DNA of 64,000 nt from an uncultured Ignavibacteria bacterium (GCA_964570765.1 CAZMZF010000011.1:3629-67628), one strand, 5' to 3'. Numbered from the stretch's first letter, positions 18,675 to 29,092 are shown. A program made the numbers and translations. Notes: generated by a model from the sequence alone, not told the origin.

Positions 18675-20237
18675 TTAGTTTCCCGGAGAAAACCTCTTTA
18701 AAATTTCCAAGAACTTACTGAATATCTTATCCAGACCAAAAGGTAGTTTTGCAATATATCTTGAAGCCAGGTCAAAATCAAGTTTTTCCAAGCCCCGGAC
18801 AAAAGCTAAGAAAATCGGATAAAAGATAATTCCAAGCAAGATACAAATAACCAATCCATAAATCCCGGGTAAAAATGAAGAGAGGAAGTAAACTAAAATT
18901 CCCATTAAGACCGAGGCTAAAATAATCTTCAGTATCGGAATTAGCGGAAATTTTTCTTTTAGAAATATTGCATAAACATAAATGATTATCCCTAACCCGA
19001 AAAAAGCCTGAGCAGAAAAACTTACCCAGACCGCCCCCAGGGCTTGATATTTGCGAGTGAAAATAAGATTTAATACCAATTTCAAAAAAACCGAAAGGAT
19101 ATAAAATCTAAGGATTACCTTCTGTTTTTCAAGACTGTAAAGCAAAGAAGATGAAGCCTGGGATAATGCTCCAAATGCTCCGGCTAAAAGGATAATCGAA
19201 AATATAAAAGCGGATGGCAGATACTCTGCACCGTAGATGCTGGTAATAATTCGGGGAGAAAGAAAAATCCCGCCAGCGCACAAAGGTAAAACTAAAAGGG
19301 CTAAATATCTGGTGGAATTATAATGGATACGTATTAATCTATCTTTCTGAGCACCTCCATAGGCTTCTGACATAGTGGGGAGTAATACCCCGGCAAAAGC
19401 ACCTGGCAGAAGCAGGATAACCTTATTGGCTAAATTAAAACCTAAATTATAAAAGGCTACTTGCCTTTCAGTGCTGAAAGCCCCCAGAAATAACAGCTCA
19501 AACCTCTCCCAGAGAAAGGCTTCTAAAAGAAGGATGATGAAAATACTTTTACTATAATCTATCAGCTTATTTTTCAACCCCAGGGGCAAAGCTTCTTTTG
19601 TAAATGGATATTTTTTTGAATGATAGTAATTGAAATAAAGGAACAAACCTAAAAAATTGGAGATAAAACTGATCCAGAAAAGAGATTCCACTTCTCCTTT
19701 TAAAATCATTACCAAAAGGATCAAAAGAAAGGTTAAAGGGGAGAGGATAAAAGTTAAAAAGGCGATAAGGTCATACCTTAAAAATCCGGAGAAACCTGCC
19801 ATATAGATAGCTAAAAGCCCCATAGGGATCATACCCAAAGACCCGATTCTCAGATATAGGGAGAGATATGGTTTTTGATAAAGGTTAGCCAGAAGTGGAG
19901 CAAAAATAAATAATAAAATTGTAAGAATAATTCCAGCCCAGAAGACCCATCTGGAACAATTTCTGAGAATAAGCCCTGTAGATTTATAATCCTTCTTACC
20001 TGAATATTCTGATATATATTTTGTCACTGTAGTGGGTAGACCTAAATTGACTAAAAACCCAACCATAGTTAGAATCCAGAAAGCTAAACTGTATTCACCG
20101 AGCTTTTCCGGACCGAGTATCCTGGCAACAACTATCGAGGTTATAAAACCAAAGAAAAGCCCAGTCCCCCTGAAAAGGAAATTGTAAAGGGTATTTTTTG
20201 CTAAAGAAGGAGTGTAAATATTCTGAGGTATTTCCAA
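18675..20237 (-). CDS. Polysaccharide/O-antigen flippase (Wzx/MOP-family) membrane protein
   Basis: A 520-aa protein with about 12-14 TM helices, as in MOP flippases, encoded next to the O-antigen ligase. Confidence 0.7.
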   Translation of the reverse strand: MEIPQNIYTPSLAKNTLYNFLFRGTGLFFGFITSIVVARILGPEKLGEYSLAFWILTMVGFLVNLGLPTTVTKYISEYSGKKDYKSTGLILRNCSRWVFWAGIILTILLFIFAPLLANLYQKPYLSLYLRIGSLGMIPMGLLAIYMAGFSGFLRYDLIAFLTFILSPLTFLLILLVMILKGEVESLFWISFISNFLGLFLYFNYYHSKKYPFTKEALPLGLKNKLIDYSKSIFIILLLEAFLWERFELLFLGAFSTERQVAFYNLGFNLANKVILLLPGAFAGVLLPTMSEAYGGAQKDRLIRIHYNSTRYLALLVLPLCAGGIFLSPRIITSIYGAEYLPSAFIFSIILLAGAFGALSQASSSLLYSLEKQKVILRFYILSVFLKLVLNLIFTRKYQALGAVWVSFSAQAFFGLGIIIYVYAIFLKEKFPLIPILKIILASVLMGILVYFLSSFLPGIYGLVICILLGIIFYPIFLAFVRGLEKLDFDLASRYIAKLPFGLDKIFSKFLEILKRFSPGN

Positions 20238-20324
20238 ATCCTTTTATCTCCGCAATTCAGTTGAAGAGAGTGGTCGGGTCCAGAATGGATCCAATTGGAC
20301 AAGGGTGCCCAACCTACGTTCTAT

Positions 20325-20445
20325 TCCCTCTCCCCTCTACGAGCCGTAAAGCTCTTATCGGCTTGTGGGAGAGGGTTAGGGATATAGGGGGAAAAAATAA
20401 TTTCACCCTCCCCTTCCCCCCTCCATCAAGGGAGGGGACTCCTAA
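20325..20445. repeat. Family D palindromic element carrying a nested family E module
   Basis: The sequence reads 'ccctctcccct[ctacgagccgtaaagctcttatcggct]tgtgggagagggttaggga ... caccctcccct..ccatcaagggaggggac'. The bracketed module is absent from the 22637-22715 copy but occurs alone at 4495-4530. Confidence 0.75.
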
Positions 20446-20521
20446 ATCCGCGTATGTATTTCTCATAGGCGGGGCTCCCAACCCCGCAGAATGAGTTTTT
20501 CAGAGGTCTCATTTACCTCAC

Positions 20522-21109
20522 TTAATAATTCCTCTCGATCAGATCACAGACTATATGCCCGATAAGAAGATGCACTTCTTGAATCCTCTGGGTCTCAGAA
20601 GAGGGGACAATAATTGAGTAATCCACAATTCGGCTCATCTCTCCCCCTTTTTTACCGGATAAGGCTAAAGTTTTCATTCCGATTTTCCTGGCAGTCTTTA
20701 TGGCTAAATTCACATTAGAGGATTCACCGGAGGTGCTTAAAGCTAAAAGACAATCTCCTTTCTTACCTAAAGCTTCTACCTGGCGGGAAAAAACCTTTTC
20801 AAATCCAAAATCATTTGAGGCTGCAGTTAAGATTGAAGGATTAACTGTAAGGGCAATAGCTGGTAGTGCCTTTCTTTTTGAATCAGACCTTAATCTTACT
20901 ACTAATTCTCCGGCAATATGCTGAGCATCTGCCGCAGAACCACCATTCCCGCAGAGTAAAATCTTTCCACCTTTTTTAAAACAATCATTCAAAATATCTG
21001 CCAGCTTTACAATCTTTTCTGAAAACTCCGATTTAATTTTTTCCTCTAAAGCAATACTCTCCTCAATCTGAGCCTGGACCATTGAAATTTGTTTTGATTT
21101 CTTAGTCAT
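20522..21109 (-). CDS. gmhA: D-sedoheptulose-7-phosphate isomerase (SIS domain)
   Basis: Contains 'LLCGNGGSAADAQHIAGEL' and 'ALSTSGESSNV', the GmhA signatures. Confidence 0.8.
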   Translation of the reverse strand: MTKKSKQISMVQAQIEESIALEEKIKSEFSEKIVKLADILNDCFKKGGKILLCGNGGSAADAQHIAGELVVRLRSDSKRKALPAIALTVNPSILTAASNDFGFEKVFSRQVEALGKKGDCLLALSTSGESSNVNLAIKTARKIGMKTLALSGKKGGEMSRIVDYSIIVPSSETQRIQEVHLLIGHIVCDLIERNY

Positions 21110-21135
21110 AGTTTAGCTCTTTTTATCCAATTCTG

Positions 21136-21782
21136 TCAGACAGGAATGTCTGACTTACTTATAATGCATATTTTTCCACATAATATCTCTTCAAAATCAC
21201 CCCATTGATTTTCGTAAGATTTATCTTGAATATATTCAGGATTTTCCCGGTCATATTGCCATTGTAAAAGATTATACAAGATATATTGCCTGATAAGATT
21301 TAATTCGTTTTCATTTCTAATAACGTGTTCATAATAATTTCGTTGCCAAACAGAGATTCCAGGTGAGTTGTGAATAATATTAATTTGTTTAGTAACTGCA
21401 GATTTGAAAGAGCGTATAATAGTAGGCAATGAACCAATAACAGGTTTTCCGAACCGTTCAACTGGAGGGGCACGGCGCGCCGTGCCCCTACAATCTCGGT
21501 AATCATCACAATTCCGTGAAAATGATTGGGCATTACCATGAAAACATCTATCTTAACATCTTTTCTTAATCTTGCTGTTTTTCTCCATTCCTCTTCAACC
21601 ACATGACCATATTTATTTAACTTCATTACACCGTTAACTACCTTGCCAAAAATATATTCACTATTACGTGTACATATGGTTACAAAATACGCACCTGCCT
21701 GTGAATAATCATAATCCTTTAACCTGATTGAACGGCGGTGATATTTTTGGGGATTATATTTACTATCAGAAATTTTATCCAT
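21136..21782 (-). pseudogene. REP-associated tyrosine transposase (RAYT, IS200-like HuH Y1 transposase), frameshifted
   Basis: The N-terminal ORF carries 'YSQAGAYFVTICT' and the HuH motif 'MPNHFHGIV', then 'VGARRAVPLQ'. A second ORF in another frame carries 'SLPTIIRSFKSAVTKQIN...SVWQRNYYEHVIRNENELNLIRQYI', which includes the catalytic Tyr region. The frame break lies near 21450-21468. The gene is flanked by hairpins at 21133-21155 and 21825-21846. Confidence 0.7.
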
Positions 21783-21845
21783 AGAATTTCCTGATGTAGG
21801 GGCTTGATTTATCAAACCCTATTTGAGGCACGATGAATCGTGCCT

Positions 21846-22586
21846 CTACCTATGTATTGCCCTGGCAAAATCTTTTAAAATCTTATCATTCCCCTTTTCT
21901 TCTAAGGCATTCCCAATCACCACGAAGTTTGCCCCGGCTTTTACCTTAGCTTTAGCGGTTTCCGGGTCTCTTATTCCTCCGCCGATTATCAAAGGAACGG
22001 TGATAAATTTCTTCACCTCTTTTATCAAAGGATCAGGTACAGAACTCTCTGCCCCGGAGCCTGCATCCATAAAGATAAATTTCATCCCTAAATATTCTGC
22101 AGCAAGGGCATGAGCACAGGCAAGATCTGGCTTATTCGAAGGCAAGGGAAGGGTATCAGACATAAACTGAACCGAGGTCATCTTTCCGGATTCGATTAAC
22201 ATATATCCGGTCGGGATCGGTTCTAAACCAAATTCTTTTATCACCGGTGCGGCTTTCACCTGTTCGCCGATCAAAAGGTTTGGGTTTCTGCCGCTGATCA
22301 AGGAAAGAAACAAAACCGCATCTGCATATTTAGAGACCTGGTTGGCATTTCCTGGAAAGATTATTACCGGGAGTTTGACTTTCTCTTTTATCCTTTTAAT
22401 TGCCTCATCAAAATGGGTGGATAAAAGCAAGCTTGAGCCGACCAAGATTCCGTCTGCTCCCCCTTTCTCTGCCCGATAAGCTAATTCCGCAATCTCTTTG
22501 GGGCTTAACCTGTCCGGGTCCAATAGGACTAAGAAGCCTCCTTTTTTATCTTTGATAACCTTTAATAATCTCTGATAAACTTTCAA
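21846..22586 (-). CDS. Geranylgeranylglyceryl-phosphate synthase family protein (PcrB/GGGPS)
   Basis: 'GGADGILVGSS', 'FMDAGSGA' and 'PLIIGGGIRDPETAKA' are the (beta/alpha)8 GGGPS/PcrB signatures. Confidence 0.75.
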   Translation of the reverse strand: MKVYQRLLKVIKDKKGGFLVLLDPDRLSPKEIAELAYRAEKGGADGILVGSSLLLSTHFDEAIKRIKEKVKLPVIIFPGNANQVSKYADAVLFLSLISGRNPNLLIGEQVKAAPVIKEFGLEPIPTGYMLIESGKMTSVQFMSDTLPLPSNKPDLACAHALAAEYLGMKFIFMDAGSGAESSVPDPLIKEVKKFITVPLIIGGGIRDPETAKAKVKAGANFVVIGNALEEKGNDKILKDFARAIHR

Positions 22587-22636
22587 GTTCCCCTCGTTTT
22601 TATTTTGGAGTGCATCGTCCGTGTCGCTGTGTGACA

Positions 22637-22715
22637 GTTCCCTCTCCCCTTGTGGGAGAGGGTTAGGGAGAGGGGTTCACCCTCCCCTAACCCCTCCCAT
22701 CAAGGGAGGGGAAGT
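22637..22715. repeat. Family D palindromic element (un-interrupted copy)
   Basis: 'ccctctccccttgtgggagagggttagggagaggggttcaccctcccctaacccctcccatcaagggaggggaagt'. Confidence 0.75.
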
Positions 22716-22747
22716 ATGCATTGACACGGTTAATACACTCCAAATAT

Positions 22748-25360
22748 TTATTTTAGCATATTTTTAATTATCTCCGGCACCTGGGATAAGGCAAAATCTA
22801 ATTTAGTTATATCCTTTCCTCCTGCCTGGGCTAAATGGGGTTTTCCTCCACCACTCCCACCGGTAAGTTTTGCCACTTCTTTGATTATTTCACCTGCCTT
22901 AATTCCCTTTTTTATTAAATCATCTGTTACCGTAGCAACAAAAGAGATTTTATCCTCTGAAACCGTTGCGAAAACCCCGACTGAGGATTTAAGATTTTCC
23001 CTGAGCGCATCTGCTAAGCTCAATAAGTATTCTCTGTTCCCATTTTGATCGCGATATGAAATTATCTTTATTCCATCTAAGTCAAAAGCAACCTGATATA
23101 GCTCTTTTATCTTTTCTTTGGCGCTCCCTGCGTCAGCGATTTTTACTTTCTTCTCCATCTCTTTACTGGATTCTAAAAGTTTAGTCACCTTTGTCCCTAA
23201 ATCCTCTTTGTTAACCTTGAGGATAGCGGAGAGCTCCTCTAATGTTTTCTTTTCTTTTTTAATCAGCTCATAAGCACCTTTACCGGTAACTGCCTCAATT
23301 CTCCTCATCCCTGCAGCAATACTACTTTCTGAGATTATCCTGAACAAGCCAATTTCACCTGTGGCTTTAACATGAGTTCCACCGCAGAGCTCTCTAGAAT
23401 AATCATTAATCTGAACTACTCTCACCGTATCCTCATATTTCTCCCCGAACAAAGCCATTGCCCCGAGCTTTTTTGCCTCTTCTAAACTGGTATTGAAAGT
23501 CATAACCTCGAAATTCTCCCAGATTTTCCGATTAACCTTTTCTTCTATCTGTATTAATTCTTCCTCAGTTAAATCCTTAAAATGAGTGAAATCGAACCTG
23601 AATCCATCTTGACTTACCAAAGACCCAGCCTGATTAACGTGTTCCCCTAAGGTTTCCCTTAGAGCTTTATGCAGAAGATGAGTTGCAGTATGGTTTCGCA
23701 TAGTGGATTTGCGTCTTTCTATATCCACCTGTGCAGTTACCTTTTTCCCGGCTAGATCAAAGACATCCTTAGGTTCACGTACAAATTCACCTATATGAAT
23801 AATAACATTCTGTTCCTTTACAACTTCCTTAACCACAAATTCAAAGTCATTGGAATAGATTTTACCAATGTCGCTTATTTGACCACCAGATTCAGCATAA
23901 AATGGTGACTTGTCTAAGACAATAGCCTGAAGATAAGTAGAAACTACTTGTAATACAATGGCTTCGATTTCAAAAGAGTAAATAAACTCAGTTTTCCTCT
24001 TCTCAAAATCTTCTACCCTCAATATCCCTTCTATGGCTGGTTCAAATGATTTTGTAGCTTTGCGAGATTTTATCTGTTGTTTCTCCATTTGTTGATTAAA
24101 TCCATCTAGGTCTACTGTCAATCCCTTTTCATCTGCCATTACCTGAGTTAAGTCCAGTGGAAAGCCGAAAGTATCATAAAGCTTGAATGCTTCCTCACCT
24201 GGTATAACTTTTTCTCCCTTCTTTATAACTTTCCCTGCAACTTCTTCAAAAAGCTCAATCCCTGAATCCAGGGTTTCACCGAACCTTTCCTCTTCGGATT
24301 TTATCACCAGAGAGATATGTTCTTTTTTGGCTTTAAGCTCAGGATAGACTTTTCCCATTAAATCCACCACTATGCTTGAAAGCTTAAAAAGGAAAGGTTT
24401 ATGCAAATCTAAAAGCCTGCCGTGCCTGGATGCTCTTCTCAATATCCTTCTTATTACATAGCCTCTACCTTCATTTGAAGGGATGGTTCCATCTGCAATG
24501 GCAAAGCTTAAAGTCCTTATATGGTCAGCTATGACTCTGAAGGACTTTGCATGAATGGGATCTTTATATTTTCGTTTAGAAATCTCCTCCGTCTTTTTGA
24601 TTATGGATAAAAAAAGATCGGTATCGTAATTTGAATCTACATTTTGCAAAATTGCTACCAACCTTTCAAAACCCATCCCGGTATCTACATTCTTGGACGG
24701 AAGATCAGACAATTTTCCATTTTCATCTCTGAAGTATTGCATAAAAACCAAATTCCAGATCTCGATCACCCTGCCGCAGCCGCAGTTCACTCCGCAGTCT
24801 GGCTTGGAACAGCTATATTCTTCACCCCGATCATAATGTATCTCCGAGCAGGGACCACAGGGACCCACCTCTGCCATTTCCCAGAAATTCTCTTTTTCAT
24901 CGAACTTTAAAACTCTCCCTTTTTTGATATCCGTATTTTCATACCATAATCTTTCAGCCTCATCATCCTCCCTGAAAACCGTTGCCCAGAGTCTATCTTT
25001 TTGTAGTTTGTACACCTCAGTTAAAAGCTCCCAGGCATAGATTATGGCTTCTTTTTTGAAATAATCACCAAAAGACCAGTTGCCCAGCATCTCAAAAAAG
25101 GTATGATGAAATGTATCCTTTCCCACCTCTTCCAAATCGTTATGTTTCCCTGAAATCCTTATACATTTCTGGGAAGAGGCCACTTTATTATAATCTTTTT
25201 TCTCCAATCCCAAAATGAGCTTCTTGAACTGGTTCATCCCCGCATTGGCAAAAAGCAAAGTGGGGTCATCCTCCGGAATCAAGGATGAACTGGGAACAAT
25301 TTTATGATCTTTGTCTTCAAAATATTTCAAAAATTTTTCTCTGATCTCTGTGCTTTTCAT
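22748..25360 (-). CDS. alaS: Alanine--tRNA ligase
   Basis: 870 aa with the class II core, the editing-domain motif 'HTATHLLH...CGGTH' and a C-terminal DHHA1-like region. Confidence 0.95.
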   Translation of the reverse strand: MKSTEIREKFLKYFEDKDHKIVPSSSLIPEDDPTLLFANAGMNQFKKLILGLEKKDYNKVASSQKCIRISGKHNDLEEVGKDTFHHTFFEMLGNWSFGDYFKKEAIIYAWELLTEVYKLQKDRLWATVFREDDEAERLWYENTDIKKGRVLKFDEKENFWEMAEVGPCGPCSEIHYDRGEEYSCSKPDCGVNCGCGRVIEIWNLVFMQYFRDENGKLSDLPSKNVDTGMGFERLVAILQNVDSNYDTDLFLSIIKKTEEISKRKYKDPIHAKSFRVIADHIRTLSFAIADGTIPSNEGRGYVIRRILRRASRHGRLLDLHKPFLFKLSSIVVDLMGKVYPELKAKKEHISLVIKSEEERFGETLDSGIELFEEVAGKVIKKGEKVIPGEEAFKLYDTFGFPLDLTQVMADEKGLTVDLDGFNQQMEKQQIKSRKATKSFEPAIEGILRVEDFEKRKTEFIYSFEIEAIVLQVVSTYLQAIVLDKSPFYAESGGQISDIGKIYSNDFEFVVKEVVKEQNVIIHIGEFVREPKDVFDLAGKKVTAQVDIERRKSTMRNHTATHLLHKALRETLGEHVNQAGSLVSQDGFRFDFTHFKDLTEEELIQIEEKVNRKIWENFEVMTFNTSLEEAKKLGAMALFGEKYEDTVRVVQINDYSRELCGGTHVKATGEIGLFRIISESSIAAGMRRIEAVTGKGAYELIKKEKKTLEELSAILKVNKEDLGTKVTKLLESSKEMEKKVKIADAGSAKEKIKELYQVAFDLDGIKIISYRDQNGNREYLLSLADALRENLKSSVGVFATVSEDKISFVATVTDDLIKKGIKAGEIIKEVAKLTGGSGGGKPHLAQAGGKDITKLDFALSQVPEIIKNMLK

Positions 25361-25387
25361 CTTATTTTTAGTTAGGCCAATCTATAT

Positions 25388-25442
25388 TGGAGTACAAACC
25401 TTAAGGTTTATGAAAAAGTAAAGCTAAAGCTTTACACTCCAG
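25388..25442. repeat. MITE-like element family A (short copy)
   Basis: 'tggagtacaaaccttaaggtttatgaaaaagtaaagctaaagctttacactccag'. The terminal inverted repeats are 'tggagtRYaaa'/'tttRYactcca'. Confidence 0.8.
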
Positions 25443-26088
25443 TATTTTCTTCTGAAACCTCCACATCTTTTATTTTCAAAACCTGTTTAACAATCTCATA
25501 CGAAAATCCTCTTCTTAATAAGAAACTCATCATTCTTCTTTTAGCCATATTTTTATCCAGGTTCTCATATCTTTTCTTTCTTTTCTCTAAAAGATTTTTA
25601 GCTAAATTTAACTCCTCTTCTTCGTCTTCAAAATATTCCTGCAGGACTTTTTCAATCGTCTCATCTTTTATCCCTTTTTTCCACAATTCCTGCTTTAAAA
25701 GAATCTTTCCCTGAGGCTTATTGGAGATTTTATCTCTGACAAAAGTAGAGGCGAAGTTAGAGTCATCTATAAGATTTATCCTTTTTAAATCTTTTATCAC
25801 CTCATCTATTAAGTCATTTGCAAATTCTTTTTTCTTTAACTTATCCCTGACCTCCTTTTCGCTTCTCATCCGGTAAGATAAGAATTTCAGTGCTGCATCT
25901 TTCGATTCTTTTTTTACCTCAGACTCAAGTATCTGGTCAATTTTCTTCTGGTCAAGCTCCTCCCCAATTTTTAACCCATATTTATATAAAACCTCTTCAT
26001 CCAGACCAAAGGCAAACTCTCCATCTAAAAAAATTGACCTTCTTTTCGGGTTTTTCTTCTGTGATTCTATTTTGGTTATGCGAGGCAT
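25432..26088 (-). CDS. recX: Recombination regulator RecX
   Basis: RecX-like three-helix repeats in a K/E-rich protein. It sits in the conserved recA-recX-alaS arrangement. Confidence 0.8.
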   Translation of the reverse strand: MPRITKIESQKKNPKRRSIFLDGEFAFGLDEEVLYKYGLKIGEELDQKKIDQILESEVKKESKDAALKFLSYRMRSEKEVRDKLKKKEFANDLIDEVIKDLKRINLIDDSNFASTFVRDKISNKPQGKILLKQELWKKGIKDETIEKVLQEYFEDEEEELNLAKNLLEKRKKRYENLDKNMAKRRMMSFLLRRGFSYEIVKQVLKIKDVEVSEENTGV

Positions 26089-26117
26089 CCTGCAAAAGTT
26101 TTAAGGATAATCCAGTC

Positions 26118-27173
26118 TTATTTCCCTTTATGTTTTACAATCTCCTCCGGTTCTTTTTCTTCAACTTTGGTTTTGAAACCCAATTTCTCCCTTATCTCCT
26201 TCTCTATTTTTTGGGCAATATCCGGATTATTCTTTAAGAGCTGTTTAGCATTATCTCTTCCCTGACCTAATCTTTCATCTTTATAGGAGAGCCAGGTTCC
26301 GCTTTTCTCTAAGACTTTATGTTCTACACCCAAATCGATCAACTCACCTTCTTTAGAAATACCTTTACCATAGATTATATCAAACTCTGCCTCTTTAAAA
26401 GGTGGGGCGACTTTGTTTTTTACAACCCGGACTCTGGTTCTGGAGCCGGTTATGTCTTCTCCTTCTTTTATGGAGGCGATCTTCCTTATATCAAGCCTGA
26501 TTGAGGAATAAAATTTCAAGGCGATTCCGCCAGTGGTAGTTTCCGGGTTTCCGAACATAACCCCTATCTTCATCCTGATCTGGTTTATAAAGGTCACACA
26601 GGTTCTGGATTTGCTTATTGTTCCAGTAAGTTTCCTTAAAGCCTGAGACATTAGTCTTGCTTGCAGGCCCATATGTGAATCTCCCATCTCCCCTTCAATT
26701 TCTGCTTTGGGGACTAAGGCGGCTACAGAGTCGATGACTATCAGGTCAACAGCTCCGCTACGGACTAAAGTCTCAGTGATCTCTAAAGATTGTTCACCAG
26801 TATCAGGCTGGGAAATTAAAAGGTTATCAATATCCACACCTAAGGCCTTGGCATAATTCGGGTCTAAAGCATGTTCTGCATCGACGAAAGCGGCAACCCC
26901 GCCTGCTCTCTGAGCCTCAGCTAAGATATGCAGAGCTAAAGTAGTTTTACCAGATGCTTCCGGGCCGAAAATCTCTACCACCCTACCTCGTGGAACACCT
27001 CCCACACCCAAAGCAGAATCTAAGGCGATTGAGCCGGTGGAAATCACCGGAATAGATATCCCTAAGCTCTCGCTTCCTAATCTCATTATGGAGCCTTTGC
27101 CAAATTGTCTTTCTATCTGGGTAACAGCCTGATCTAAAGCTTTTTTCTTCTCATCTGATGGCTGTATTGTCAT
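26118..27173 (-). CDS. recA: Recombinase RecA
   Basis: Walker A '[12 protein letters not shown]' and canonical RecA sequence throughout. Confidence 0.97.
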   Translation of the reverse strand: MTIQPSDEKKKALDQAVTQIERQFGKGSIMRLGSESLGISIPVISTGSIALDSALGVGGVPRGRVVEIFGPEASGKTTLALHILAEAQRAGGVAAFVDAEHALDPNYAKALGVDIDNLLISQPDTGEQSLEITETLVRSGAVDLIVIDSVAALVPKAEIEGEMGDSHMGLQARLMSQALRKLTGTISKSRTCVTFINQIRMKIGVMFGNPETTTGGIALKFYSSIRLDIRKIASIKEGEDITGSRTRVRVVKNKVAPPFKEAEFDIIYGKGISKEGELIDLGVEHKVLEKSGTWLSYKDERLGQGRDNAKQLLKNNPDIAQKIEKEIREKLGFKTKVEEKEPEEIVKHKGK

Positions 27174-27193
27174 ATTTACCTCACTTTCTATAT

Positions 27194-27751
27194 TCAGGTT
27201 AAAAGAGCTATTTTTTTCAGAGGGGTGTAGATTGCCCCGGCTGGATGAAGCTCGGATTTCATCATCACCACCTCTTTGATTTCGATCTCCCCGGTTTGGA
27301 AATTTATATTTTTAATAAGTTCAGTTAATTTCTCAATATTTTTAGGGGATTTAACCCTGCCGATGGTCAGATGAGGGGAGAACTCCCTATCTTCTTTTGG
27401 AAAACCTATCTTCCCCATCTCATCTTCAATTTTTTTCTGCATCAGGGATAATTCCTGTTTCCCTTTATCAACCCCTATCCAGATCACCCTGGGTCTCCTC
27501 AAATTGGGGAAACAGCCTAAATCTTTTAAACTCAATTTAAAAACTTTTATCCCTTCCAAAGCTAATTTTGTTCCTTCAAAAACCTTTTCGATTTTATCTT
27601 CGGGGACCTCTCCTAAGAATTTTAAGGTTGCATGAATATTTCCTGGTTTTACCCAGGATACATCTGCATTAATCTTCTTAAGAGGGTTCTGGAGCTCCTC
27701 GATTTTTTTCTTTAGGTCTGCTATAAGCTCAACTGCTATAAAGGTACGCAT
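27194..27751 (-). CDS. thpR: RNA 2',3'-cyclic phosphodiesterase (2H family, LigT/ThpR)
   Basis: Two H-x-T/S-x motifs ('HATLKF', 'HLTIGR'). The start is placed at the internal Met 'MRTFIAV'. Confidence 0.75.
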   Translation of the reverse strand: MRTFIAVELIADLKKKIEELQNPLKKINADVSWVKPGNIHATLKFLGEVPEDKIEKVFEGTKLALEGIKVFKLSLKDLGCFPNLRRPRVIWIGVDKGKQELSLMQKKIEDEMGKIGFPKEDREFSPHLTIGRVKSPKNIEKLTELIKNINFQTGEIEIKEVVMMKSELHPAGAIYTPLKKIALLT

Positions 27752-27856
27752 TTTATTTAACCTTTGGAATGCATTGACCGAGCCAATGCTTTTATTCTCT
27801 ATGGTGGTTCCTTTTATAGGGGCGTATTGCAATACGCCCCTACCGCTCTAAAATTT

Positions 27857-29092
27857 TTATTTTAACATAAAAAGTCTCACCAAATTCAAAGCCGCCTGAG
27901 CGGTTCTCTCTCTTATCGCCTGTCTGTCTCCTCCGAAAACGAATTTTTTAGCAAAAGAATCGTTCTCATGAGCAAACCCGATATATACTAAGCCAACCGG
28001 TTTTTCCTCTGTTCCGCCAGTGGGCCCTGCAATTCCGGTAGCAGATAAACCGTAATCCGTGTTGGAGATTTTCTTTACCCCCTCTGCCATCAGGATGGCT
28101 ACCTGTTCGCTAACTGCCCCATATTTTTCTATAATCTCTTTTGGGATCTTTAAAAGCTCGATTTTAGCTTCATTGCTATAGGTTATCACCCCGTTTATGA
28201 AATAGTTTGAGCTTCCAGAGACATTGGTGAACCTTGCCCCGATCAACCCTCCAGTGCAGGATTCAGCCACGGAGATGGTCTTCTCCTTATTCTGGAGTAA
28301 TTTTCCTAAAACTTCTTCTAAGGTCTCCTGGTCTATTCCATAAATATATTCATTCAAAATTTCCCTGACCTTTTGTTCTATTTCCAAAATAATTTTATGG
28401 GCTAAATCATCAGACTCGGATATAATTCTTAGTTTGAGGTCTACTCCGGAAAAACTAGGTAAAAAGCCAATTTTTACCGGGCTTTTAAATTTTAAAATCG
28501 GTTCTATTTTCTCATGTATAGCTGACTCAACTATACCTGTGGTTCTTAAGACCTTTTGAAGGGTGAATTTCTTAGAGGACTTTGATTTCAAAAAGGGTAA
28601 AATCTCATTTTCAAAAATAGTTTTCATCTCCAGGGGGACACCGGGAAGAGCAAAGAATAGTCTTTTCCCTTCCTGGATAAATATCCCCGGGGCTGAGCCA
28701 TATTGATTAGACAGAGCCTTTGCTCCCTGTGGCAGAAGGGCTTGATTCTGGTTGATCTTGGGCATCTCGATCCCCCTTCTTTTGAACCCTTCCTCCACTT
28801 TCTTTAAGATATCCTCGTGAAAGACTAAATTCCTTTTGAAAGCCTTAACGATTCCCTTTTTAGTCAAATCATCATTGGTTGGTCCCAATCCTCCGGTAGC
28901 AATTACCAGATCAACCCTTTCCAGACTGAGCTTAATAGCCTCGATTATCCTTTTTAAATCATCCCCCACAGAAGTCTTAAAAGCTACCTCAATCCCTAAA
29001 CCAGAAAGTCTATCTCCAATATAGGCTGCGTTGGAATCTAATATCTCCCCGTGGATTATCTCATCTCCAATCGTGATTATCTCTGCTTTCAT
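27857..29092 (-). CDS. cinA: CinA-family competence/damage-inducible protein (NMN deamidase domain)
   Basis: N-terminal MoCF-binding-like 'MKAEIITIGDEIIHGEILDSNAAYI' plus a C-terminal CinA domain. Confidence 0.85.
   Translation of the reverse strand: MKAEIITIGDEIIHGEILDSNAAYIGDRLSGLGIEVAFKTSVGDDLKRIIEAIKLSLERVDLVIATGGLGPTNDDLTKKGIVKAFKRNLVFHEDILKKVEEGFKRRGIEMPKINQNQALLPQGAKALSNQYGSAPGIFIQEGKRLFFALPGVPLEMKTIFENEILPFLKSKSSKKFTLQKVLRTTGIVESAIHEKIEPILKFKSPVKIGFLPSFSGVDLKLRIISESDDLAHKIILEIEQKVREILNEYIYGIDQETLEEVLGKLLQNKEKTISVAESCTGGLIGARFTNVSGSSNYFINGVITYSNEAKIELLKIPKEIIEKYGAVSEQVAILMAEGVKKISNTDYGLSATGIAGPTGGTEEKPVGLVYIGFAHENDSFAKKFVFGGDRQAIRERTAQAALNLVRLFMLK

Noticed and set aside
21471-21492. 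Perfect 22-bp palindrome 'ggggcacggcgcgccgtgcccc' inside the RAYT as an inserted REP causing the frameshift
   Set aside because: Translating both frames shows the palindrome encodes the conserved GARRAVP segment in the correct frame. The frame break lies about 10-25 nt further 3' of it, so the palindrome is coding sequence, not an insertion.
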